This document shows positions 1 through 8,563 of a stretch of DNA of 64,000 bases, piece by piece; the first letter of the stretch is position 1, and each line of letters starts with the position of its first letter. This stretch comes from an uncultured Collinsella sp. GTDB taxonomy: Bacteria > Actinomycetota > Coriobacteriia > Coriobacteriales > Coriobacteriaceae. The translations under genes were made by a program, and so were the position numbers. The stretch spans positions 1,733 through 65,732 of the forward strand of contig UREE01000001.1 in the NCBI GenBank assembly GCA_900546825.1, given 5' to 3'. Under the pieces are notes generated by a model. It worked only from the letters and a program-made list of their open reading frames with translations, ran no database searches and had not been told where the DNA came from.

Positions 1-486
1 GCAATCGGCAGCGATCTTGTTGATAATGCACTCGCCACCAGAAGGCAGGGTGCCGATCTTTTTCATCATGCTGTCGTCAGTTGCGACGTGCATGACGATT
101 TCCTCGTTGGCAACGATCTCCTCGCCATACTTATTGACGAGCTCCTCGTGCGTCGACGGACGGTGCATGCCCGTAGCAACCAGAATACGCACACGGGCCT
201 CGGGCGCAGCGGCATGGATGTGATGCAGCAGAATAGGCATCGTCACACGCGAGGGAACGGGACGCGTATGATCGGAGCTAATGATGACAATATCCTTCTT
301 GCCAGCACAAAGCTCCTCGAGCGAAGGCGAGCCATAGGGGTTCGCAAGCGACTCCTCTACCAGCTCTTGCTGCGATTTCGTAGTCTTAAACTCGTTCTGA
401 TGACCTTCCATCGCACCCGCGAAGTTCTTGTCCTCGAGCTCCAGATGCAACGTCTTGTGGTCAAACGGCAGTTCACATTCAAACAA
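1..486 (-). CDS. larA: LarA-family nickel-pincer-dependent lactate racemase/epimerase (N-terminal 162 codons; rest of gene lies off the left window edge)
   Basis: Minus-strand translation from TTG at 484-486 (RBS GGAAGAGGG 9 nt upstream) gives LFECELPFDHKTLHLEL...GSPSLEELCAGKKDIVIISSDHTRPVPSRVTMPILL...RVRILVATGMHRPSTHEELVNKYGEEIVANEEIVMHVATDD. This matches the LarA N-terminal domain nearly residue for residue (SDHTRPVP, ILVATG-HRPST motifs). The plus-strand 88..489 ORF is antisense noise. Confidence 0.75.
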   Translation of the reverse strand, partial: MFECELPFDHKTLHLELEDKNFAGAMEGHQNEFKTTKSQQELVEESLANPYGSPSLEELCAGKKDIVIISSDHTRPVPSRVTMPILLHHIHAAAPEARVRILVATGMHRPSTHEELVNKYGEEIVANEEIVMHVATDDSMMKKIGTLPSGGECIINKIAADC

Positions 487-724
487 TGATGAGCGCCCTC
501 TTCCTTTCAACTGACACACTAGTCAAACCGTTGGAAGGATACGCCGCTCACCGAAAAACACCACCGTCCACCGACTCATTAACACAACGTTCATATTTGA
601 CCCACAACAAAACGGCCGCGATCCCAAACGCGCCGCCATGACAGACCCCATCCAAAACGCGCGAAGCGCGCCATTATTCCCCCAGCCAGTAATCCGCCGA
701 AGACCGGACATCGTAGGGCCCGCT

Positions 725-833
725 ATCAGTTTACTTTTAGGCACACTCCGCAGGACGCAAGAAGCCCTCGCCGCACGAAGTGCGCAGCGAGGGCTTCTTG
801 CATGTCCGAGGACGTGCCTAAAAGTAAACTGAT
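725..833. repeat. 109-bp near-perfect interrupted palindrome immediately downstream of ppc (probable bidirectional terminator or REP-like element)
   Basis: Arms atcagtttacttttaggcac (725-744) / gtgcctaaaagtaaactgat (814-833), inner arms gcaagaagccctcgc (756-770) / gcgagggcttcttgc (787-801), centre cgcacGAAgtgcg. Confidence 0.6.
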
Positions 834-863
834 GGCGGACCCGGACGACTACAGGGCTATCGA

Positions 864-3689
864 TTACCCCGTGTTCTGCAATCCTGCCGAGACGCCGGTC
901 ACAGTCGAAAGAATCAGGCTCATGTACTCGGCCTTCTTCTCCTCGGCCATCTCGTCCTGGTTCATACGCACCTCGCGAAGGGCGCGAACCTGGGCGATGG
1001 ATAGGGCGTCAACATAGGGGTTACGCACGCGGACGGCGCAGCCGAGCACGCGACGACGCTGCAGCGGCCATTCATCACCGACGATGGCAAGGACCCACTT
1101 ACGGGTGAGCTGCATCTCGGTAAAGACCTTCTCGGACAGATCCTGGCGATCGCCCAGGTGCAGATACATCTTGGCGATGCGCTGGTCGGTCTTGGCGATC
1201 GACATCTCGATGTTGTCGATAAAGGTGCGGAAGAACGGCCACTCCTGGTAGGCAGCCTTAAGCTGGTCCAGATCGCCAAACTGCTCGCAGGCGGTACCCA
1301 GGCCGTACCAGGCGGCCAGATTGATGCGCGCCTGGCTCCAGCTGAAGATCCACGGAATGGTACGCAGGTCGTCGAGCGACTTGGCACCCAAACCGCGCTT
1401 GGCGGGACGCGAGCCGATTGGCAGCAGACCGACCTCGGTCAGCGGCGTCACGGTCGAGAACCACGGTGTAAAGTCCTCGGTGTTCAGCAGGTCCAGATAG
1501 CGCTCGTGGCTTACGGCGTTGAGCTTCTCGGCCATATCCCAGAACTTCTGCGTGGTCTCGGTGTTGGTCTTCTCGACGCTCGGGGCCGACTGCAAAAGCG
1601 TTGCGGCGGCAACGGACTCAACATGGCGCTGAGCCAGCGTGCGGTTGCCGTAACGGGCAAAGATGACCTCGCCCTGCTCGGTGAGCTTAAAGAAGCAGTT
1701 GACCGAACCCTTGGGCTGCGCCAGCACGGCCTTGTTGGCCGGGCCGCCACCACGGCCCACGGCACCGCCGCGACCGTGCATGAGCACCAGGTCGATATCG
1801 TTCTTCTCGGCCCACTTGGCAATGCGCTCCTGCGCGGAGTGCAGCGCGAGCATGGCCGTGGTAGGACCGGCATCCTTGGAGGAGTCGGAATAGCCCAGCA
1901 TGACCTCCATGCGGCGGTTGGTCTGGGCAAGGCGCTTTTGCACCACGGGCAGCGTAAGCATCTGGTCGAGCACGTCGACGCAGCCCTCGAGGTCCTCGAG
2001 CTGCTCGAACAGCGGGATCACGTCGAGCTCGGGCACGTCCTCCTCGTGCGCAAAGGACAGGTGGGCAAGCTCAAAGACGTCGGCCACATGCTGAGCGCTC
2101 TTGGTGAACGAGATGATGTAGCGGTGCGCCATCTTCTTGCCGTAGCGCTTTTGGATGGAGCCGATAGCGCGGAAGGTGTCGATGACCTCGCGCGTCATGG
2201 GCTGCAAATCACCATGGATACCGTTCTCGTGAATATCCTTGAGGGCGCGGGCGTGCACCACGGAGTGCTGACGGAACTCCATCTCGACCATATGGAAGCC
2301 GAAGGACTCGACCTGCCAGATGATGGTCTGGACCGGGCCGTAGGCAGCACGGACGGCACCGCAGGCGGCCAGCGAGCGCTGGACGACGCGCAGGTCCTCC
2401 AGGAACTCATCGGCGCTGTGGTACATGGTGTCGGTGATGCGACGCACGGTGGCGTTCAGACGGTCGGCCATGACGAGCATGACGGCGCGATGCGGCTCGT
2501 GCTCGGAAATCAGCTCGGCGCGAGCCGTGTACTGGGTGCTCATCTCGACCTGATGGTTCCACAGGTTGATGAGCTCGGCAGACGGCTTGCTGTAGGTGGC
2601 CTCGAGCGTAAGGTTGCGGCCAATGCGGCGGCACTTGTCCTCGAGCTTGAGCACCATGTGGGTGAAGTACTTGGCGGCGACCTCACGGCTCACCTTGGCG
2701 GTGACGTTGGGGTTACCGTCGCGGTCGGAACCGATCCAGCTGCCGGGATGGAAGAACGCCGGGCACAGCGGCGGCACGGTACCGGCCTTGTCGCCCAGCA
2801 CCCAGTCGTCAAAGCGACGATAAATGACGGGGATGACGTCGAACAGCGTGTTATCGAAGATGTCGATGATGGTATCGGCTTCCTCGACCGGCGTGGGCTT
2901 CTTGAGCGCGATGGGGCTCGTACGCACCAGGGCGTCGATCTCCTGCAGCATATGGCGCTCGTTCTCCACCAGGTCGGAGCCGCCCAGACGCGGACGCTCC
3001 TCCAGCAGGTTGGAGATACGGCGAATCTTGCCCTCGACGGCCTTACGACGGGCCTCGGTGGGATGCGCGGTAAAGACGGGATGGAACTCAAGCTTGCCGA
3101 GCAGCTCGTTTGCGCCCTCGACGCCCAGCTCATTCACCAGCTGGTGATAGGCGACGGTGAGCTCGTTGGCGGGATCGACCTCGGTATCGGTTGACGCACC
3201 GGCCTCGCGCTCGCGCAGCTGCGCCACACGGTAGTTCTCCTCCGACAGGTTTGCCAGGTGGAAGAAGCTCGTAAAGGCGCGAACGATGACCTGCTGCTTA
3301 TCGAGCGGCAGGCTGTCGATCAGATCGACGACCTCACGGAATGCCACGGCGGTGGACTCGTCGGCAGTAGGCACGCCCTGCTCGTCGACGGCCTCGTCGG
3401 CAGCACGCGTACCGGGGTTGCCGGCATTGGCCACAATCTCGGCCAACAGGATTTTGTCGAACAGGTCCGCGATCTCAGGATCATACTCGCTAAGCACACG
3501 ACGCTCCAGGCGCAGGAACAGCGCCAGATTGTCGCGCAGCTCCTCGGGGATCTCGATCTCGGCGAGACGCTCCCTGGACTCGGCATTCGAGCCGATTCGG
3601 TTAACGAGGCGGTTGACCACGGCAGCGACGCGCGCCGCGGCTTCGGGTACAGACTGGTTGCTTAGGTTCTCAGCCACGTTTCCTCCCAT
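864..3689 (-). CDS. ppc: phosphoenolpyruvate carboxylase
   Basis: 941 aa; catalytic MHGRGGAVGRGGGP motif; C-terminal ...QNTG hallmark of PEPC. Confidence 0.95.
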   Translation of the reverse strand: MGGNVAENLSNQSVPEAAARVAAVVNRLVNRIGSNAESRERLAEIEIPEELRDNLALFLRLERRVLSEYDPEIADLFDKILLAEIVANAGNPGTRAADEAVDEQGVPTADESTAVAFREVVDLIDSLPLDKQQVIVRAFTSFFHLANLSEENYRVAQLREREAGASTDTEVDPANELTVAYHQLVNELGVEGANELLGKLEFHPVFTAHPTEARRKAVEGKIRRISNLLEERPRLGGSDLVENERHMLQEIDALVRTSPIALKKPTPVEEADTIIDIFDNTLFDVIPVIYRRFDDWVLGDKAGTVPPLCPAFFHPGSWIGSDRDGNPNVTAKVSREVAAKYFTHMVLKLEDKCRRIGRNLTLEATYSKPSAELINLWNHQVEMSTQYTARAELISEHEPHRAVMLVMADRLNATVRRITDTMYHSADEFLEDLRVVQRSLAACGAVRAAYGPVQTIIWQVESFGFHMVEMEFRQHSVVHARALKDIHENGIHGDLQPMTREVIDTFRAIGSIQKRYGKKMAHRYIISFTKSAQHVADVFELAHLSFAHEEDVPELDVIPLFEQLEDLEGCVDVLDQMLTLPVVQKRLAQTNRRMEVMLGYSDSSKDAGPTTAMLALHSAQERIAKWAEKNDIDLVLMHGRGGAVGRGGGPANKAVLAQPKGSVNCFFKLTEQGEVIFARYGNRTLAQRHVESVAAATLLQSAPSVEKTNTETTQKFWDMAEKLNAVSHERYLDLLNTEDFTPWFSTVTPLTEVGLLPIGSRPAKRGLGAKSLDDLRTIPWIFSWSQARINLAAWYGLGTACEQFGDLDQLKAAYQEWPFFRTFIDNIEMSIAKTDQRIAKMYLHLGDRQDLSEKVFTEMQLTRKWVLAIVGDEWPLQRRRVLGCAVRVRNPYVDALSIAQVRALREVRMNQDEMAEEKKAEYMSLILSTVTGVSAGLQNTG

Positions 3690-3834
3690 TCCTCCTTCTA
3701 TGCACGTAACATGCGGTATTCATTATAGGCGCTTGAGAAATACTTTCGACACTGATTGCGCTTTACCACACAAAAGTATTTTCTGCATTGCAAGGGTTTT
3801 TGCTCTAAATGGTCGTATTTCTCGGTGGACGGCA

Positions 3835-3880
3835 TACACAAACGGGGGCATTCCGCATAAATGCGAAACACCCCCGTAAC
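3835..3880 (-). terminator. rho-independent terminator downstream of hisS
   Basis: Minus strand reads ACGGGGGTGTTTCGCATTTATGCGGAATGCCCCCGT followed by TTGTGT. Confidence 0.5.
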
Positions 3881-3934
3881 AATCGCTCGCAATGAACGGG
3901 ACACTCAAGCGGGTCCGCAGCTCAAAAAGATGCG

Positions 3935-5254
3935 CTACAGGCGCTCGCGAACCGCCTCGACGACGTTGGCCAGATCGACCAGCACCTCGTCATGGCTCTC
4001 CATGTCGCGTACCTTGACCTTGCCGGCGGCAAGCTCGTCGCCGCCCAGGACCAGGATGAGCTTGGCGCCTACCTTATCGGCCTGCTTAAACTGGGCCTTG
4101 AGCGAACGGCCCTGGTAGTCGGCCTCGGTCACGATACCTGCGGCGCGAAGCTCCTGCGTAATGGTAAAGACGTTCTGGCGCAGCTCCTTGCCGGCGTTGG
4201 CGACATAGACGCACGGGGCCTCATCGGCACCCAAGTCGTTACCAAAGGCCTGAAGGGCCAGCAGCGCACGCTCAAAACCGACAGCGAAGCCGACGCCCGC
4301 CGTGGGCTTGCCACCCTCGAGCTCGACCAGGCCATCGTAGCGGCCGCCGCCGCCGATGGAGCCGACGCCGGCGCCAGGGGCCTCGACCTCAAAGACAGTA
4401 CGGGTGTAGTAGTCCAGGCCGCGCACCAAGGTGGGATCCTCGACATACTCGATACCGGCGGCATCCAGATAGCGCTTGACCTGCTCGTAGTGCTCGCGGC
4501 ACTCGTCGCACAGGTTGTCACCCATCAGCGGGGCCTCGGCCATGATCTCGCGGCAATGGTCGTTCTTGCAGTCGAAGGCACGCAGCGGGTTGAGCTCGGC
4601 GCGCTCACGGCACTCATCGCACATCTCGTCGGCGTGATCGAGGATGAACTGCTTAACCTGCTCGCGGTAAGCCGGACGGCACTGGGCGTCACCCATCGAG
4701 TTGATAAGCAGACGAAGCTTGGAAAGATCGAAGCCCAAGCGCTTGTAGAACTCCATGAGCATGATGATGCACTCGGCGTCTGCCGCCGGATCGGGAGCGC
4801 CGAGCCACTCTATGCCCACCTGGTGGAACTGGCGCAGGCGGCCCTTCTGGGGACGCTCGCCACGGAACATGGCCTCGGCGTAGTACGCCTTAAACGGCGT
4901 GGAGCCCTGGGGCACCAGATTGTTCTCGACGACGGCGCGCACCACGCCGGCCGTGCCCTCGGGGCGAAGTGCCAGGCGCTGCTTGGGCTTGAGTTTGGTG
5001 TCGGTGCCCTCGGTAAAGACGCGCTCCAGGTTGGCACCGCTGAACACGCGGAACATTTCCTTGCGCACGACGTCGGTCGACTGGCCGATACCGTGGACAA
5101 ACACGTCCACCTGCTCGATCGCGGGCGTCTCGATGGGTTTAAAACCAAACGGCTCGAACACGCCGGCCGCAATCTGCTGCATCTTTTGCCAGGCGCGCAT
5201 CTCGGCGCCGATAAGGTCGCGGGTTCCCTCCGCCTTCTGTGCCTGCATGGGCAA
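3935..5254 (-). CDS. hisS: histidine--tRNA ligase
   Basis: 439 aa; class II aaRS motifs LRPEGTAGVVRA and GGGRYDGLVE typical of HisRS. Confidence 0.93.
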   Translation of the reverse strand: MPMQAQKAEGTRDLIGAEMRAWQKMQQIAAGVFEPFGFKPIETPAIEQVDVFVHGIGQSTDVVRKEMFRVFSGANLERVFTEGTDTKLKPKQRLALRPEGTAGVVRAVVENNLVPQGSTPFKAYYAEAMFRGERPQKGRLRQFHQVGIEWLGAPDPAADAECIIMLMEFYKRLGFDLSKLRLLINSMGDAQCRPAYREQVKQFILDHADEMCDECRERAELNPLRAFDCKNDHCREIMAEAPLMGDNLCDECREHYEQVKRYLDAAGIEYVEDPTLVRGLDYYTRTVFEVEAPGAGVGSIGGGGRYDGLVELEGGKPTAGVGFAVGFERALLALQAFGNDLGADEAPCVYVANAGKELRQNVFTITQELRAAGIVTEADYQGRSLKAQFKQADKVGAKLILVLGGDELAAGKVKVRDMESHDEVLVDLANVVEAVRERL

Positions 5255-5380
5255 ACACCTTTCTTTTGTATCGCGTCATAGGTAATGGTCATTATACGGC
5301 ACAAACGCAAACAGCGACGGCGCGTCTGACCGAACGAGGGTATGGGGACTCGTTCGGCCAGGCGCGCCGCCGCTGTTTGT

Positions 5381-5442
5381 GATCCCTTTTCCTCCGTCCC
5401 CTTCGGATCACGTGATCCCTTGGGGACGGAGGAAAAGGGATC
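5381..5442. repeat. 62-bp palindromic element (GATCCCTTTTCCTCCGTCCCC...GGGGACGGAGGAAAAGGGATC around a central CACGTG) in the hisS upstream region
   Basis: The two 30-bp arms are reverse complements with 3 mismatches. One arm motif, GATCCCTTGGGGACGGAGGA, recurs at 13721-13740. Confidence 0.6.
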
Positions 5443-5552
5443 ATTTCGTAGGCCCGTAGCCGCCTTGGAAACCGAATGATGGTACGAGCATCCATTCGGC
5501 TTCCAAGGCGGCCACGGGCAGAACGGGGCGAACAGAAAAGAACGACGGACGT

Positions 5553-5961
5553 CTACTCCCCCGCCACGCTTGCGCGCAGCTTGGCGGCGATAGGCTCCGA
5601 GGCCAGCAGGAATACGAGCATGATCACAGAACACACCAGGCACACGATCCAGGTGCTCGCAAAGGAGCCCGTGGCGTCGAACAGCACACCCGAGACGATG
5701 GCGCCCACGGTGCCACCGACCATCTCGAGCGAGGTAATGGTGCCCGTGACCTTGCCCAGGTCGGCCATGCCAAACTGCTTAGACGCAGCGATCGTGGGCA
5801 TTGGAGATGTTGTACTGCGCAAGGGAAATGCCCAGGTCGCTGACGATGAGCGGCTGGAACAGGCTCATGCAGTTGACGAAAATTGTGTAGCACGTGGCCA
5901 TGATCACAAAGCCGGAGGCCACCACGAGCCAGCCGGGGAAGAATTTACGTTGCTGAGACAT
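5553..5961 (-). pseudogene. MFS transporter remnant with large internal deletion/frameshift
   Basis: The 60-aa N-terminal fragment MSQQRKFFPGWLVVASGFVIMATCYTIFVNCMSLFQPLIVSDLGIS (5779..5961) and an 89-aa C-terminal fragment ending ...VSGVLFDATGSFASTWIVCLVCSVIMLVFLLASEPIAAKL (5553..5822) lie in different frames and join near 5790. Only about 140 of the roughly 400 expected residues remain. Confidence 0.6.
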
Positions 5962-5964
5962 GGA

Positions 5965-7263
5965 TTACTCCTTGTGGTCCGCAATGTATCCGAGAGCGAC
6001 GGCGGCATAAGCCGCGGCGCCGAGGGGAAGCTCGGCATCGTTAAAGCGCGCTTTGGGATGATGCTGGGCAAAATGCTCGTCCGTGTCGGTTACGGCCGCG
6101 CCCACCGTAAAGTACGCACTTGGGATCTCGCTCGAGATAAGCGCGAAGTCCTCACTCGCCATGGCATGGAAAAGCGGCAAGAAAGCCGCCTTGGGCAGCA
6201 CTGCGCCCACGTAGCCAAGCGACGCCTGAGTCATATCGCTGTCGAGTACAAGCGGCGGAACATCCGAAAGCGTCTCGACGGTCGCCGGCGTACGATAGGT
6301 CGTGGCAACGCCTTTGACGACCTCCGCGATGCGGGTCTTGAGGTGCTCCATGAGCTCGACGTCGAAGCCACGCAGCGTTCCCTCGAGCACACAAGTGTCG
6401 GGGATGACATTTGCGGCCTGACCGCCGGCGAACTTGCCAACGGTAAGCGCGACCTCCTTGGCCGCCGGCACCTCGCGAGAGATAAGCTCCTGAAGCGCCA
6501 GATGCACATGGACGCCGGCCGTGATGGGGTCGATGCAGATCTCGGGGCTCGAGCCATGGCCGCCCTTGCCCTGAAGCGTGATGCGAAAACCGTACACGCC
6601 CGAGAGCGCCGGGCTGCCGTAGAGCACCAGGCCAAGCGGCGACTGGCTATTGACATGCATGGCAAAGGCGGCCTGGGGACGCGGGTTCTGCAGCAGACCG
6701 TCGGCGATGGCGGCGCGGGCACCCTCAAAGGTTTCCTCGCCCGGCTGGAACAGCAACTTAACCGTGGCGTTGGCGTCGACAAGCGCAGACTCGCGGGCCT
6801 TGAGCAGGCGCGCCGCTCCAAGCAACGCCGTCGCGTGCATATCGTGTCCACATGCGTGCATGCAGCCGTTCGTAGAGGCGAAAGGCTCGCCTGACTCTTC
6901 GGCAACGGGCAGGGCATCCATGTCGCCACGGAGCATGATGACCGTACCGGCCTGTTCGTCCGTGCAGACGCCATTGCCCTGGGCCGCGGCGGCGCCGGCG
7001 CCGACAAGGCCCACGACACAGGAACCATCGACGAGCGTGGCAAATGGGATTTCCATCTCGGTCAGGCGCGCTTGAATATACGCAGAGGTCTGTGGGAGGC
7101 TATTACCCAGCTCGGGCATCTGGTGTAAATCGTGTCGCCACGCAGCGAGCTCGTCTGCAAAAGCCTGAGCTTCTGCAACGAGACCGTCACCGATAGCGGC
7201 CTGCGCCGCTGCGGTGGCCTTGGGCGCTGATTGCGGTTGAAGATCGGACTGAGCTGGTGCCAT
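5965..7263 (-). CDS. M20 family metallopeptidase / N-acyl-amino-acid amidohydrolase
   Basis: MHACGHDMHATALLGAARLL metal-binding motif of the M20D aminoacylase/hippuricase family. Start most likely ATG at 7261-7263 (MAPAQSD, RBS GGAGGG) rather than the 7317 ORF-track start. Confidence 0.8.
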   Translation of the reverse strand: MAPAQSDLQPQSAPKATAAAQAAIGDGLVAEAQAFADELAAWRHDLHQMPELGNSLPQTSAYIQARLTEMEIPFATLVDGSCVVGLVGAGAAAAQGNGVCTDEQAGTVIMLRGDMDALPVAEESGEPFASTNGCMHACGHDMHATALLGAARLLKARESALVDANATVKLLFQPGEETFEGARAAIADGLLQNPRPQAAFAMHVNSQSPLGLVLYGSPALSGVYGFRITLQGKGGHGSSPEICIDPITAGVHVHLALQELISREVPAAKEVALTVGKFAGGQAANVIPDTCVLEGTLRGFDVELMEHLKTRIAEVVKGVATTYRTPATVETLSDVPPLVLDSDMTQASLGYVGAVLPKAAFLPLFHAMASEDFALISSEIPSAYFTVGAAVTDTDEHFAQHHPKARFNDAELPLGAAAYAAVALGYIADHKE

Positions 7264-7341
7264 AAATGCCCTCCAGTAACGTTTTTGCAGTAAGCACTTT
7301 GATAGCGTAAAGTGCAAGGTACAACTTTAAAGGCGAGTCAT

Positions 7342-7372
7342 AAAAAACGCCGCCCCAGGAGGGCGGCGCAAC
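7342..7372 (-). terminator. rho-independent terminator after the EamA gene
   Basis: Minus strand reads GCGCCGCCC-TCCT-GGGCGGCG followed by TTTTTTAT. Confidence 0.6.
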
Positions 7373-7379
7373 AAGTTGT

Positions 7380-8363
7380 TTACAATTGCGAGCGCGGCTT
7401 TCGACGCAAAAAATCGAAGTGAGTCTCGCTCAAGATAATCGACAGGAAGATAAGCACAAAGCCGGCGAGCAGGCGCGAGGTGAGCGCCTCCCCCATCAGC
7501 AGCACCGAAAACAACACGCCCGAAGGCGATTCCATCGAAAGGAGCAGCGAGCCCGTCGAAGCCGGGACATGCGCCAGGCCGACGTTTTGGATGAGCAGAG
7601 CCACGCATGTGCAGCCCACCGAGAGAAACGCCATCACACAGATAAAATTCGGCGTCCACACGGACAGAGGCGCCTGGGTCTCGAATAGCAGCGACGAGAC
7701 CAGGCTTAGGATGCCATTGCCCACAAACATCCAAAACGTGATGACGTTGATGTCCATTTTGCGACCGTACTTGGCGGTCACCGCCATCTGGATGGCGAAG
7801 AAGACCGCGCCGCCCAGCGTAATGGCATCGCCGATATTGAACTCGACGCTATCGAGTGCCACCAGGCCAATGCCCGCCAGGCACAGCAGTGCCGCACCCA
7901 GGTTATAGCGAGTGAGCTTTTCGCCGCTCAGGACATAGCTGGCAAACGGCACAAGGATACAGTACGTGCCCGTCAAAAATGCACTCTTGCCTGCCGTGGT
8001 CTGTGCCAGGCCAATCGTCTGCAGTCCGTATGCTCCCCACATGAGCGCACCCATGCCCAGCCCGACGATAAGGTTGCGAGCATTAAAGTGTGCGATGATG
8101 CGTTTACGGAAGATGGCGAACATAACCAGCGAAGCCGGGAGAAAGCGAACGTAGACCAGCTCGAACACCGGAACGGTATCGAGCGCATCTTTCATGGTGG
8201 TAAAGGAATAGCCCCAGATGACCGCCACCGAAAGCAGCAAGACCTTCCAGAAGAACGGAGAACGCGCGCCGGCGCCGCGGGAGGTGCCGCCGGCACCCAG
8301 GTCTTCGCGCGCTACAGGGCTATCGGGCATGTTTTCGATTTCATCAACGGCATTCTGGGCCAT
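7380..8363 (-). CDS. EamA/DMT-family drug/metabolite transporter
   Basis: 327 aa, about 10 TM segments, N-terminal WGYSFTTMK and duplicated EamA-like halves. Confidence 0.8.
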   Translation of the reverse strand: MAQNAVDEIENMPDSPVAREDLGAGGTSRGAGARSPFFWKVLLLSVAVIWGYSFTTMKDALDTVPVFELVYVRFLPASLVMFAIFRKRIIAHFNARNLIVGLGMGALMWGAYGLQTIGLAQTTAGKSAFLTGTYCILVPFASYVLSGEKLTRYNLGAALLCLAGIGLVALDSVEFNIGDAITLGGAVFFAIQMAVTAKYGRKMDINVITFWMFVGNGILSLVSSLLFETQAPLSVWTPNFICVMAFLSVGCTCVALLIQNVGLAHVPASTGSLLLSMESPSGVLFSVLLMGEALTSRLLAGFVLIFLSIILSETHFDFLRRKPRSQL

Positions 8364-8430
8364 AGGGCATCCTCGCGCTCAGTCTGGGCGTGGTGTCCGC
8401 ACGTGCATGGCCGCGTGCCGCCTCATGGTC

Positions 8431-8470
8431 AAATAAAACGGGGCGCACCGGACCCCCGGTACGCCCCGCT
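8431..8470 (-). terminator. rho-independent terminator after the YhgE/Pip operon
   Basis: Minus strand reads GCGGGGCGTACCGG-GGGT-CCGGTGCGCCCCG followed by TTTTATTT. Confidence 0.6.
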
Positions 8471-8563
8471 ACTGTAGCAACAACCGGTGTTGCATCGCAA
8501 TCCAGCATAATAAAGTATCAAACTGGAAGATCTCGATGTTCCGACGGCGTTTACCTGGCTGAA

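Noticed and set aside
1158-3194. 678-aa plus-strand ORF
   Set aside because: Entirely antisense to ppc, which has unmistakable PEPC motifs. Long antisense ORFs are expected in high-GC DNA. Its translation is low-complexity (G/A/L/V-rich) with no motifs.
5292-5495. 67-aa minus-strand ORF
   Set aside because: It spans the 62-bp palindrome. Its Arg/Pro-rich translation is generated by the repeat sequence.
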